A DNA stretch of 64,000 bases, taken from contig NC_068984.1 in assembly GCF_001194135.2 (NCBI RefSeq), positions 14,849,193-14,913,192 of the forward strand, written 5' to 3'. The number at the start of each line of letters is the position of its first letter. Position 1 is the first letter of the stretch. This document shows positions 1-11,876 of the stretch, one piece after another. A model generated the notes under the pieces. That model saw only the letters and a list, made by a program, of their open reading frames with translations. It was not told the DNA's origin and did no database searches. This stretch comes from Octopus bimaculoides. Its lineage: Eukaryota. Made by a program: the position numbers and the translations under genes.

Positions 1-65
<65 letters not shown>

Positions 66-102
66 GCTGGTGCTGGTGGTGGTGGTGCTGGTGCTGGTGC
101 TG

Positions 103-145
<43 letters not shown>

Positions 146-146
146 A
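1..146. repeat. Compound (GTA)n/(GGT)n/(GGTGCT)n microsatellite
   Basis: Direct reading of the tandem units. Confidence 0.97.
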
Positions 147-229
147 GATCAACTCAGATCAATGACATTCTAGTCGTAACCATTTGGTCGGAGTTGTCTC
201 GTACTACATTATGCAATGCAATTCCCCAT

Positions 230-800
230 TATAGTAGGATGTAATTTAAGGGAAATTCGGCTGTTATCGAATCCAATGTCCGCTTATGGATTTCACCGTT
301 GGCTTGATTTAGCGGTATGTTGCTGTATAAAAGTGGATTTCTTGAACCTTCTAGTAAGCTGTGTCGGGATAAACAGTCTCTTACACTCGTCTTCCCATTT
401 CTTCGGATCACTCGAAGCTATAATGGCGATTGTTGTTTTTCTATGATCTCGTTATCGGTTTGGTTATGGCTCATATTTTCTACAAAGACTATTTGAGGGT
501 ATTTATTACGCTTTTATTCCCGCTTTGCTTGCTAGTTCTGCTAGCTGAGACAACTTTTTTTGTTTTCTAGAATATAACTCACTACAGAGACTGTTCCTTG
601 CTTAAATAGATGTAGCTGAGACAGTTCATATGCCAGTAACTTCTAATTTTCTTACAAATATTTGAGGAATTTTCCATAGCCTTCTGGTAGCATTGGTAAA
701 TCTACTGAGAATCTACTGGAAGTTCCCACAAGACTTCCTTCACCTGTTGTTACCATTTCTTGGCATCTGTCTACAAATGGCTGGCTGTAGTTATCTTTAT
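230..800 (-). mobile_element. Possible very degraded R4-type LINE fragment (post-RT region)
   Basis: Minus-strand peptides FVDRCQEMVTTGEGSLVG and GKFLKYL*EN*KLL weakly resemble the R4 VDRLYLPRxEGGRGL...KYL region; many stops. Confidence 0.3.
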
Positions 801-1284
801 ACTAACTATTGTGTAATAGTAATATCCACATGATGTCTCATTAATTTTTTTCTCATTTTGCTTTTTCAAACATAGCAATTAGGGAAGTGGACAGGCTTAT
901 AGTAATGTCCAAATGTTAGGCTACGTTATTCATTGGAAACTAAGATGAAAAAGTTCATATGCTGTTGCGACAGACTAGTTTGATATCTGTGATGTCTGTA
1001 TGTGTGTGTGTATGCATGTATGTATATATATATGATATCGCGAGTTATCGTGCGGTCATCTGGCGCAGAAGACCTCGCCTCATGGGCAGATAGATGCGCT
1101 ATAATCTTGACAAACAGACTACGTAAGAGATGAAAAATCCTTACAAGAAAACCTATATGAGGTATCTGTATGTGGGTATGTATATATACACACGCATACA
1201 CATACATATATATGCTTGTGTGTTTATGTGTGTGTGTATGTATGCGTGTTGTGTGTGCGCGCGAGCAAGCGATCCATAAGTCAG

Positions 1285-1600
1285 AAAAATATGCACTCGT
1301 ATATTTGTCAATGCAGTGGGTATATCAACCAAAGTGTACAGAATTATATATATCAACTACGACCGATCTTACCAATCGGTTTCGCACTGCGTATTAAACC
1401 GGATGTTATATAACAGCACGGTCAAGTAACATCGCATGCTCGTCACAGCCGGCAGATATGGAAAAATACGGTGACTGCGATCGTTATTGGAGGAAAAATT
1501 CACATCCGGTTAGAAGGTACTGGGAAACAAGACAGAATGAACTGAACAAGAGTTATATCAAGAATTATGTCCCTTGGCCCCAAAGGCTTCTGATATGTTA
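1285..1600 (+). mobile_element. GIY-YIG endonuclease remnant (Penelope-like)
   Basis: VYQPKCTELYISTTTDLTNRFR matches the spacing of the VYxxxC...YIGxTxRxLxxRF motif; downstream RVISRIMSPWPQ resembles the domain C-terminus. Confidence 0.45.
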
Positions 1601-1884
1601 GTCCACAAGAATTTACTGAAAATGTGTGTAGATATTAGGTTTTGGTATTCGTGTTGGCTTGGAATGTATGTAGCGCGGTATTATATGCGTAGGATTTTCT
1701 TTATGGGAACGGGTCTACTATGCAAGTATCCGCACGCTTAATCTCAAGTTAGGTCGTGTGTATGTTTGCATGTTTGTTTGTGTATGATTGGGTTAAACTC
1801 TTTTCTGGGTTCTCAGGATATGGTGATGAAAGAGCCGAAGGTAGAGAACTGGTGATAGTGATAATGGGGTTCGTAGATACGATA

Positions 1885-2560
1885 GAAATATATCTCTTTT
1901 CATATAGGCAAGTGCTAAAAATCTCACTTTTGCAGCTTAGGTAGACGCCTGGATGCTGAGAGTTTTAATATAGTTTTTCGCGGCTAAAAATTACCTGCTG
2001 TCTCTACTGCTATTAAAATGTGCCTTGCGCTTCTCTAAGATTTTCCACTTTATGATGTACGCCATGAAACTTTCTTTCAATGGGCATAGATGCTTCAATA
2101 TCTCTCCGACGTATTCTTTTCTACTCTAGGCACAAGGCCCGAAATTTTGGAGGAGGAAGCCAGTCGATTAGATCGACCCCAGTACGCAACTGGTACTTAA
2201 TTTATCGATCCCGCGAGGATGAAAGGCAAAGTCGACCTCAGCGGAATCTGAACTCATAACGTAGCGGCAGGCGAAATACCGCTAAGCATTTTGCCCGACT
2301 TCGTTTCTGCCAACTCTCCGAGATATTGAAGGAAGACTTATGGTTATCGAATCTGACCCCAAAGGATCCTCTTATCGGTCCCTCACACTTCCGCACGTTT
2401 GGTTGCCTATTGCAGGTTATGTTTATGCTTGTCATTGGTCGTTTTGATACAGAAGCTTACAGTTGTGCACGTGTCGTACAAGAGTATATGACTATAATCC
2501 AGTGACGCACAGATGTCTCATAACGGCCGGCTATCGTGTAACAAGATGAAGCAATCATCA
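1885..2560 (-). mobile_element. Penelope-like element 3' fragment (GIY-YIG), interrupted by a SINE
   Basis: Minus strand: IVIYSCTT..., GSFGVRFDNHKSSFNI, then after removing the SINE LKESFMAYIIKWKILEKRKAHFNSSRDSR*FLAAKNYI. Same motif order as the copy at 25509-26390. Confidence 0.75.
2110..2321 (-). mobile_element. tRNA-derived SINE, family A
   Basis: Reverse complement has head GAGTTGGCAGAAACG and B-box-like GAGTTCAGATTCC; closely similar to 27165-27378 and other copies. Confidence 0.92.
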
Positions 2561-2569
2561 TGTACGCAT

Positions 2570-2641
2570 GTATATAAGTAAGCATGTATGTATGATTGTG
2601 TGTATACACACACACATATATATGTATGTATGTATGTATGC

Positions 2642-2704
<63 letters not shown>

Positions 2705-2940
2705 AATATATATATATATATATATATACATATATAAATATATAGATTATATACATATAAGTATGTCTGTAAGTGTGTATCTATGTATATGCACGTATGT
2801 ATGTGCATTTAGATATACTTGGCGTATTTATTTGTGTATATGTTGTTTTTATATGCATGTATGTATGCATGTATGTATGTATATATGTACGTATGTATGT
2901 ATGTATGTATGTACGTATGTACGTATGTATGTATGTATAA
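2570..2940. repeat. (TA)n/(TATG)n microsatellite cluster
   Basis: Direct reading. Confidence 0.95.
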
Positions 2941-3773
2941 TGTTAATGTCAGGCCTGAATTTTGCTTAACTGTGTATTTATTGATCTGACAATTTGTCAA
3001 ACTTATCTACAGAGATAATGTTGATCGTTAACGCAGTTCTTCTAAACATTCTTTTCATCTATTTCTACCGAGTTGTTTAGTTTGATCTTTGTTTTATCTC
3101 TCGAGAGTTCGCTTCCATCTGTGTTCTTTTGCTCCTCGGCTCTCTCCACGCCTCTCTCTCTCTCTCTCTCTTCTTCTTCTTTCTCTCTTTCTCTTTCTCT
3201 TTCTTTCTTTCTACGTTCTTTATTTATATATATTTCACCACTTCACTCAAACTCATACCGTCTCACCCATCTTTCTCACTTACAAACATTAACAAGTTTT
3301 TCGCTTTTACATACATTAAAAAAATTTATTGCATTGGGTACTGACTTCTAACAAGCCAATCACTATTTACTGCATTTCTGACAACGAGATTTACAAGGGT
3401 GTGTCTATAGTTCGCTGCAGAACAAATTTAGCGAAGGACTTTGCTTAAAGAGTATCGTTTCATATTTACAGATTTCTATTCGTTATTCACACCCCATCAA
3501 GTGCAGGAAATAAATAAAAAATAAAATCTAATGAAAACGAACATTCAAGGCAACTTTAACCTCCAGCCTCGAGATTCTTGAAAAATGTTTGCACGAAGGA
3601 AAGTTTATCTTGAGACTCTGGTTGAGTAGCTTTCAAGGAAAAGCATACAGACAATCCCATTATGGAACATGCTCAGAGGATATTTGAATGTTGATACTCT
3701 TCCTCAAATCTAACCTTTAATACGTTAACACTTTTTCTCTTTATACCATGCTCACCAAATTCTTCACATTCCA

Positions 3774-3810
<37 letters not shown>

Positions 3811-3826
3811 TTATAATCATAATTTG

Positions 3827-4204
3827 TTGTAGTAAAGCTTGTTTGCCAACATAACATGGCAGTCCTGGTTTAGGACGAATGTTCCTGTAATTTAGCTCCA
3901 GGAGACATCTTCTCCAGCTGGTTATACGACACAATCTGTGTCCTTATATTTTCGAACAAGGGAATCTAGTACCCCCACTCAGCTCAAAACAATATCTGTG
4001 TATCGCGATTTCCGGGTTATTTCCATGATACACAGATATTGTTTTGAGCTGAGTGGGGGTACTAGATTCCCTTGTTCGAAAATATAAGGTCACAGATCAC
4101 GTCGTATAGCCAGCTGGAGACGATGTCTCCTGGGGCAAAATTACAGCAACATTCGTCCTAAACCAGGGCGACCATGTTATGTTGGCAAACAAGCTTTACT
4201 ACAA
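3827..4204. repeat. Long inverted repeat: 178-bp arms (3827-4004 and 4027-4204) with a 22-nt spacer; foldback/MITE-like
   Basis: Inner 63 bp perfectly complementary; outer 115 bp has about 12 mismatches and no indels (aligned by eye). Confidence 0.95.
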
Positions 4205-4569
4205 TGTACTGTTGCTGAATATCTCACGTTGNNNNNNNNNNGCAAAATTACAGCAACATTCGTCCTAAACCAGGGCGACCATGTTATGTTGGCAAACAAG
4301 CTTTACTACAATGTACTGTTGCTGAATATCTCACGTTGTGAGATTTAAAAATAGTAATTTTCTAATATAACTTGTTCTTATACATATAATCTGTTGTGTC
4401 TGGGGAGAGTCATACTGCCTTAATATCTAACACACTCACCGGTTCAATTTCCAAAATTTTCGTTGCTTTTGTAACCTTATCAATGACCGTTATCGGAGCT
4501 GTGCTCCTTTTGTCTGTGCGCATGTGTGTGCGCCAGCTTGCATGTTTGCTTGTGTGTGCACATATGTAC

Positions 4570-4830
4570 GTGTATACATACATTGGAGAGACATCTAGAA
4601 TAAATGACGGAGAGAATAAATGATGACGGAGAGAATAAATGACACATGAGGCAATATGATGACAAGAAACAGTCTTCCATACTCTATCAACATGCCGAAG
4701 ACCAGCCAACATGGAGGCAGACTGGGCTGACTTGACATCCGCATTTTATCCACGCACCCGAAGGACCCATCACTCAGACAAATGCAGGAGTACATCCTCA
4801 TAAATGAAACGCCCCCCCCCCGTACTAAAT
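4570..4830 (+). mobile_element. GIY-YIG endonuclease remnant (second Penelope-like lineage)
   Basis: YIGETSRINDGE followed, after a frameshift, by LDIRILSTHPKDPSLRQMQEYILINETPP...NRK, the typical GIY-YIG C-terminal half. Confidence 0.65.
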
Positions 4831-4916
4831 AGGAAAGTAGTCATGCCCCAATATCCCATACATGGTACGTTTGCTAGGAGGCTGTTATGCATGCAAATGT
4901 GTGTGTNNNNNNNNNN

Positions 4917-4982
<66 letters not shown>

Positions 4983-5381
4983 GAAGGACAATATTTATCT
5001 CATCTCCCCACCAGCAATATATAGAACAACAGTGCCAGAACAGGCGTTGGAGGGAGGAGATGAGTCACTGTTATCTTTAGCGGTCGAACATTCATCATTG
5101 ACAAAACCAAAGAAGGTCAAAATCACGTGACCTGGAGCCAGCGATATAAACAAGAGTGTATTTTGCACCAAAAGCCAATATGAGCGTTTCTCTCATGCTA
5201 TCTACTGCAGTATAGTTTGTTCTAACACAGCATCCACGTTTAAGTGAAGAAAAATGCTACCTCTTGGTATCAATACTACCCCTGTCACTAATATATACCT
5301 TAGGTTCTCTATGCAATAATATCAAATGTACCTAATCCACTCAAGTTGGATGCTTTGCAAACCCTACATATGTGTGTGTGA

Positions 5382-5419
<38 letters not shown>

Positions 5420-5508
5420 TAAGAGTAATGGTGTGACAACAAAAGAATGAGTGAGACCTCGATATTATGTAAATAGAGGAATTTATCTGTAATATAATAT
5501 GTGACAGT

Positions 5509-5860
5509 GGAGGCGCAATGGCCTAGTGGTTAGGCAGCGAACTCGCGGTTATAGGATCGCGGTTTCGATTCCCATACCGTGCGTTGTGAGTGTTTATTGA
5601 GCGAAAACACCTAAAGCTCCATGAGGCTCCGGCAGGGAATGGTGGCGAACCCTGCTGTACTCTTCCACCACAACTTTCTCTCAGTCTTACTTCCTGTTTC
5701 TGTTGTGCCTGTAATTCAAAGGGTCAGCCTTGTCACACTGTGTCACGCTGAATATCCCTGAGAACTACGTTAAGGTTACACGTGTCTGTGGAGTGCTCAG
5801 TCACTTGCACGTTAATTTCACGAGCAGGCTGTTCCGTTGATCGGATCAACTGGAACCCTC
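5509..5860 (+). mobile_element. tRNA-derived SINE, family B (3' end lost in gap)
   Basis: GGAGGCGCAATGGCCTAGTGGTTAGG (A box) ... GGTTTCGATTCCC (B box); head shared with 62423, tail shared with 56650-56836. Confidence 0.92.
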
Positions 5861-6457
5861 NNNNNNNNNNNNNNNNNNNNNNNNNNNNNNNNNNNNNNNN
5901 NNNNNNNNNNNNNNNNNNNNNNNNNNNNNNNNNNNNNNNNNNNNNNNNNNNNNNNNNNNNNNNNNNNNNNNNNNNNNNNNNNNNNNNNNNNNNNNNNNNN
6001 NNNNNNNNNNNNNNNNNNNNNNNNNNNNNNNNNNNNNNNNNNNNNNNNNNNNNNNNNNNNNNNNNNNNNNTATATATATATACGTGAGAAAAGTGTTCCC
6101 GGTATCAGGAATGATAAAATAATTTCATTTAGTCAGCTGAAGGTATTACACCGTGACTCTAAGTTTTCACAAGTAACAACAACACGTTTCTTCAGTCGTG
6201 GCTCGTGGCTCGTGGCTGACTGAAGAAGATAGATCGATAGATACGTATATCGATAGATAACTAGACAGACCTGTCATTATTCAGTTTTACTGGAAGATTT
6301 CTTGCCTATAAAGAGCCGGTTTCTAACCTAGATCCAAAGCTTTTTCATTAGAATTTCAACATCAGCAACAGGGTATTTTTATATGTATGTATGTATGTAT
6401 GTATGTATACATGCAAATTTGTATATTTTATTTTATGTACGTCTTCTCATGCATACG

Positions 6458-6828
6458 CAGTAGAACCTCGCAGAAAGAGTGCACCATTGTACGAGTAATT
6501 TGCTGTACGAGCCGAGACCCGTGCACATTTTTTCTTGAAGTACAAGCGGAAATTTGCAGTACAAGCACACAAACCTTTAAGGTAATTCAGTTAATAAAAC
6601 CAGTTTATGTATTTCTTTTGCATTCCCTTTTTTATAATTGTCAATTTACTTGTAACTACACAATTTCTCTTTTAAAACCCATAAAAAGTCATTTTTGAGT
6701 GGTTTTTGGGTGGCCGGAATGGATTAATTATATTTTAGTTAATTTCAATGAGGAGAATTGATTTGTAAAACTAGTAAAGACGAGCTTGGTCATGGAACGA
6801 ACTAAACTCGTACTGCGAAGTATCACTG
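6458..6828. mobile_element. Tc1/mariner (pogo/Tigger-like) MITE
   Basis: Imperfect TIRs CAGTAGAACCTCGCAGAAAGAGT / revcomp CAGTGATACTTCGCAGTACGAGT (17/23 match); TA follows the right end. Confidence 0.65.
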
Positions 6829-7185
6829 TACGTGCATCTGTAGACATGCTCATATATACTTAAATGTACGTATGAATGTATGTATGTGTGTGAATGTATG
6901 CATGTATGTATGTATGCATGTATGTATGTATGTATGTACGTATGTATGTATGTGTGTATGCATGTATGTATATATATTGTATTTTTAAACTTTTATATCC
7001 TTAAAATATATATTCTTCAGATCCGTTCAAAATTATTTTTTCGCTCTCAGATGAATAAAGTATCCCAAAAAGGTTAGAGCTGTCTTCACCTCACGGAATA
7101 CAAAATTCACTTCGTAATTTTCGACGACGCATGCCGCTCGATGTTTTCCTCGAACTCATTTTATTTTAATTCTTTTTTATGACAG

Positions 7186-7207
7186 TATCGTATAATTCAA
7201 ATAGCGG
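7186..7207 (+). other. Candidate 22-nt microexon
   Basis: Long pyrimidine tract ending GACAG before it and CGG|GTGAGT after it; no protein identity. Confidence 0.25.
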
Positions 7208-7619
7208 GTGAGTATGTAGGGGCTCCATTTTTGTTCCGCACGTTCGTTTGAAGCATTACTACATTAAGTATCATTTCAGAAATGTAAATATTCATTAGGG
7301 TGAATCCTGAGGATCTGAATTGACTCTTAATAATGAATTTTTCACACAGAATATTAACGATGTTTTTAGAGGAGAAACTAGTTTTACTAATAGGATGTTT
7401 GCATGATTATTATCATAATGTGAATGCATAGAAAAATTTATCGATGCATAATTCCCAAATGAAAGTAGCCGTTGCATTTCATACATAAATACGCACATAC
7501 GCATAAAGATATACACGTATACATATATAGTATGTGTGTGTAGATGTCTAAAAATGAGTCAGAATAAAGACACACTGATAAATTGGTTAACAGAGTGAGT
7601 ATATTATTATGAATAAAAT

Positions 7620-8450
7620 ACAACATGATATTTTCCCATCATCCAATCGGTGTTACACCAGGAATTGAGATAACCCCCGTAATCATCGGGAAAGAGCACG
7701 AGGATTAGTCTTGCGACGCTGCTATCCTTCACTACAATGAGGCCCTGGCCACCAGTGGTTTTTAATATAAAATCAAGTATATGCCTGGCCCTTATTTTTC
7801 CAAAGGAAAATGTCACCACAAAGTTATATGAGTGGCACGCACATTGTCCCTGAACGTAAAACTTACTGTAGGAAGGATCCTTCTTAGTTTAGTCGATAAA
7901 CACTTCCCCCAAGCACATATATACAGGAAAATGTTTAATAGACACACATTCTGGGTGTCTCTTCTAACTGTGCCCCTAGCGTAAAGAAAATATTGCAAAG
8001 TAGTTCAAAGCAAACAAAGGCAGGCTGTTTATGCAGAGATAAGACCACATGTCGACTATGGCAATACAAAAACTGTTGTGTATGAGATGGATGTAACGTC
8101 GGACGAGCCGAATGGAGCGACCGACGTCCAAAAATATGTATGCGCATCAGAAGGTGCCTTAAAACTAGTTTCACTTATCAAATCTCATTTAAAGTGCAAA
8201 TGTGATGAAATGACACGTTACTAATGAATCATATATAGATAGAGGAGAAAAACGCTGTGGATTATGACATCAACAGGATAAGAAGACTAGCAAATGGTAA
8301 TAAACCTTACTTTAACAACAATAGGAGGTACAGTGTTGCTTGGCTGAGAAAAGGATCATAATATAGAAGTCTTTTTACTCGGTCACCTATATTAACTGTA
8401 AGATTAATGTTTTCCGATTCTGTCCTCATGAACGCAGCTAAGCCCTAGTA
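7620..8450 (-). mobile_element. Possible degraded RLE-LINE RT/thumb remnant
   Basis: HILDFILKTTGGQGLIVVKD resembles the GGRGL motif; VKRLLYYDPFLSQ resembles the QGDSLSP region. Confidence 0.35.
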
Positions 8451-8929
8451 CACTGATCGATCGCACAATGAATATAAGCATTGAGGAAGCCTCGCTGGGT
8501 TTTTCCCATTATCAAAATCTGAGGAACTAATACAAGATTTAGCACACCTTTCTGTGACATGTATACGCACGTACAAACATATACATTTAGTCGAACACAT
8601 ATGATGTTAAAATCAACCTTCCTAATCTCGGCTCCAACCTACCCTAAAAGCAATTATCCCTCATATGGAGGTGGCCTTCATTGCTCCCAATCCAAGAGGC
8701 GGAAATTCCAATGAATTAATAAAAAACAAGAATTTATCTCTTGGTTCTGAAGCGGACAATTTCGTTCTAATTTTAAAATAGCTGACCGCTGACTTGATTC
8801 AACCCTTTCAGACGTCCGGTAGCAAAGTCATGCAATTCTTTCAGCCTTTTCTGATTATTAATGGATCCAAGTCAACTCTTGGCACGAAACCGATTGGTAA
8901 AGATGTTGATGTAAGAATATGATAATGGA

Positions 8930-9235
8930 TTTTATTTTTGTTGTTGTTGTCGTCGTTGTCGTCATTAGTAAGGAGGGGGAGGAGGGGGAGGAGGAGGAGG
9001 AGGAGGAAGAAGAAGAAGAAGAAGAAGAAGAAGAAGAAGNNNNNNNNNNNNNNNNNNNNNNNNNNNNNNNNNNNNNNNNNNNNNNNNNNNNNNNNNNNNN
9101 NNNNNNNGGAGGACGACGTCGAAGACGGGGAAGGGGAAGAGGAGGACGAGGAGCAGGACGAGGAGGACGAGGAGCAGGACGAGGAGGACGAGGAGCAGGA
9201 CGAGGAGGAGGACGACGAAGACGACGACGACGAAG
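8930..9235. repeat. (GTT)/(GAG)/(GAA)n tracts plus a 21-bp GACGAGGAGCAGGACGAGGAG-type minisatellite around a gap
   Basis: Direct reading. Confidence 0.9.
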
Positions 9236-9242
9236 GTGCACA

Positions 9243-9363
9243 AGTGTGCCAGATGTCTGATGTCGAAATGATGGCAGAGCAACCTGAAACGAAGTGTTTT
9301 GCTCAAGAACACAACGCACCGCTCTGTCCGAGAATCGAATCCAAAATCTAGCGATCGTGAGTG
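9243..9363 (-). mobile_element. SINE family C, 5'/central fragment
   Basis: Revcomp contains GGATTCGATTCTCGGACAGAGCGGTGCGTTGTGTTCTTGAGCAAAACACTTC, shared with 10600-10739, 40230-40365 and 56514-56620. Confidence 0.8.
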
Positions 9364-10060
9364 CAAATAAGAAGCAAGTGTCTCCATTGTGTCGAATTTG
9401 TAATTGAGTTGACGAAACCGTTGCCCATATTGTGAATGAATGCCCCCGACTTGCCAAAAGCCAATATAAGCAGTGGCAACATGATGCGGTAGCAAAAGTG
9501 TTGTATTGGAAAATGTGTGAAAAATTGGGGTTAGGGAGAGGCAAGACATGATACGAACACAAACCACAGAGAGTGGCTGAGTCGGAGACTTGAAAAACCC
9601 TGTGGGGTTCCCTAATCCAAATGGACCTGGTACTTGAGCATAACAAACCGAACTTAATGGTGGTGGGCAAGGTAAACCATATGTGTTCTATGATTCATGT
9701 TTCGTGTCCATTTGGCCCACGAACAGTTAAGAAGGAAGACGAAAAAATAGACATATACAATCCTCTTAAATGCGAAATAGCTCGGCAGCGAAAAATTAAA
9801 AAGTTGAAGATAGTACCAATTATTGTTGAGGCACTGGGAGTAGTATCAAAAGGTATTGAGAGGAATATAAAGGAAATGGAAATATATAAAAGAAAATGAA
9901 TCTGTTGCAAAAAGTTTACCGTCTTGGCACGGCCAGAATCACCAGGAAAGTATTAGATAGTTGAAGAGAACAAATAGCATGGTACCATAGGCTGCAGGTA
10001 GCAAGCCTGCTATTCATGCAAGACTTCGGGTGTTTCAGCAAAACCTGAGTTAAAAGAATA
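9364..10060 (+). mobile_element. R4/Dong-clade non-LTR retrotransposon, 5'-truncated 3' end (CCHC knuckle, RLE domain, 3'UTR)
   Basis: CRICN*VDETVAHIVNEC (CCHC), QHDAVAKVLYW, DLVLEHNKPNL, KIVPIIVEALG, then after a frameshift LLQKVYRLGTARITRKVLDS*; in-frame stops show it is dead. Confidence 0.9.
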
Positions 10061-10282
10061 ACTAGAACAATAAAGAGGTGAACTGTTGCCATGTCTGGCA
10101 ACGAGTACCCACCACCGAGGAGATCCAATACAGATCGAAACCACTCGGTCTGATGGTCTTAAGGCTTCAATGGTGGCAGGAGCTATCTCCCGCTTGTAAT
10201 AAATATCAGGTGTGAGAAGTACAATGAATAAACCAGCTAGAGGAGATGTCTTCCTGGGGTTAAATGGCACTAATGTCGTCTC

Positions 10283-10739
10283 TTAGAGGACAGCCACATT
10301 AAAGTAGCCATTAGCCATACGTTTTGGTTCGTACACTACTTCTGTCTCGAACAGAGATTCTCTAACGGACTAGTTTTCTGTATACATACACTGAGAGAGA
10401 GACCCCTTTCGGTCATGACTGACCATGGGATTGCACCTAGAAAGTTACTTTCCAAGGCACAAGTCCAGGCAAGGTTGTTTTATGGAAGACCAGCAGTCGC
10501 CCATGCATACCGGCCTCCCCTCTCCACGCCACCAGTGTTATCCAAGGGAAAGGCAAAGGGGCCGATACAGCTTGGCACTTGTGACGTCGCAACTCATTTC
10601 TACAGCTGAGTGAACTGGAGCAACGGGAACTAAAGAGTCTTGCCCAAGAACACAATACGCAGCCCAGTCCTGGATTCGAACTCACAACCTCACGATCGTA
10701 AGCTCGACGCTCTAACCACTTAGCCATGCGCCTTCACAT
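10283..10739 (-). mobile_element. tRNA-derived SINE, family C, near full length
   Basis: Revcomp TGTGAAGGCGCATGGCTAAGTGGTTAGAGCG (A box) ... GAGTTCGAATCC (B box) ... TGTGTTCTTGGGCAAGAC core; its tail differs from the other family C copies. Confidence 0.92.
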
Positions 10740-10740
10740 A

Positions 10741-10851
<111 letters not shown>

Positions 10852-10894
10852 GTATGTATGTATTTAGAAATATATTAAGTATGTACGAATGGAT

Positions 10895-11095
10895 TTCTAA
10901 ATATATTTCCGTATTGGTATTTGTCTCCCACCATTTGACAACCGGTGTTGGTTTGTATATATCCCCGAAATTTAGTGTTTCGGCAAAAAGAGATACCACA
11001 GAATTAGTACTGAAGTCAATTTGCTTGATTAAAAACCTTTCAAGGCAGTTGACCTTTCATGGTCGCAATCCAATGAATGAAATAAATTGTAAGAC
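10895..11095 (+). mobile_element. SINE family D, 3' half
   Basis: TTGACAACCGGTGTTGG ... CATGGTCGCAATCCAATGA matches 57480-57655 and revcomp 44608-44800. Confidence 0.75.
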
Positions 11096-11099
11096 TAAA

Positions 11100-11834
11100 A
11101 GCGTATAGTTTTAGTGTATAAAGATATTAACTAGTCGACAATTAGCAAAATGTTTTGTGTATATAATTATTATCTTTATGTTAATGTATACGGAAATTTA
11201 TTGATGGACGATTTCCAAATCTAATGAATTGAATATAACACCCAATTTAGCGATATGAACGACTCTGAACTCCGGTATGCTTTGTATTATCTTTATACTG
11301 GCATAAAACATAACGTCACTAATAACATTAATGGTTTTCCTGTGTGTATTCCATGTTTATTCTGTGAATGTTCATCTAATGATATTAGTTTAAAGGAATA
11401 ATCGCTCTCATATATATTTAATGTCTCCGAGATGCAAGCTATTATGTTCCAACCGTTGGCTAGTATGAGATGAGGATGGATGTAAAACATAGCCTCACAT
11501 AATATCCTTTTAATTTCATTCTAACCAGCTGTATAGTGGCGTTGAAAATATCCAGCTGGTTTTTGTTGATTCTTTTTCTACTAGACATAAGTGCTTTTTG
11601 TCCTGAGGATATTGCTTTTATCAGTCATTTTCATAGTAACACATAGCTTCTTTCTTTTTATTATATTTAGAAAACAGAATACAACATGAAAATTCAACGA
11701 TAGACATTAGTTTCTGTGTTACGAAAGACCAACAACCAAATTACATTATAATACACCTGTTCTGATACGCATATGCACTCTACTCACGCACGCACACGCA
11801 CACATATGTTCTTTGTACTACTATAAGTGAGTGC

Positions 11835-11876
<42 letters not shown>

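Noticed and set aside
4135-4338. Exact 97-bp direct duplication (4135-4231 and 4242-4338)
   Set aside because: The copies are identical and separated only by a 10-N gap, which is the signature of an unmerged contig overlap.
5509-5580. tRNA gene (also 10665-10739, 56514-56585, 62423-62495)
   Set aside because: A and B boxes are present, but each runs into a SINE body shared with other copies and I see no clean acceptor stem.
8938-9351. Acidic-protein ORF (EDDVEDGEGEEEDEEQ...)
   Set aside because: Built from GAG/GAC repeats across a gap, and its end is an antisense SINE.
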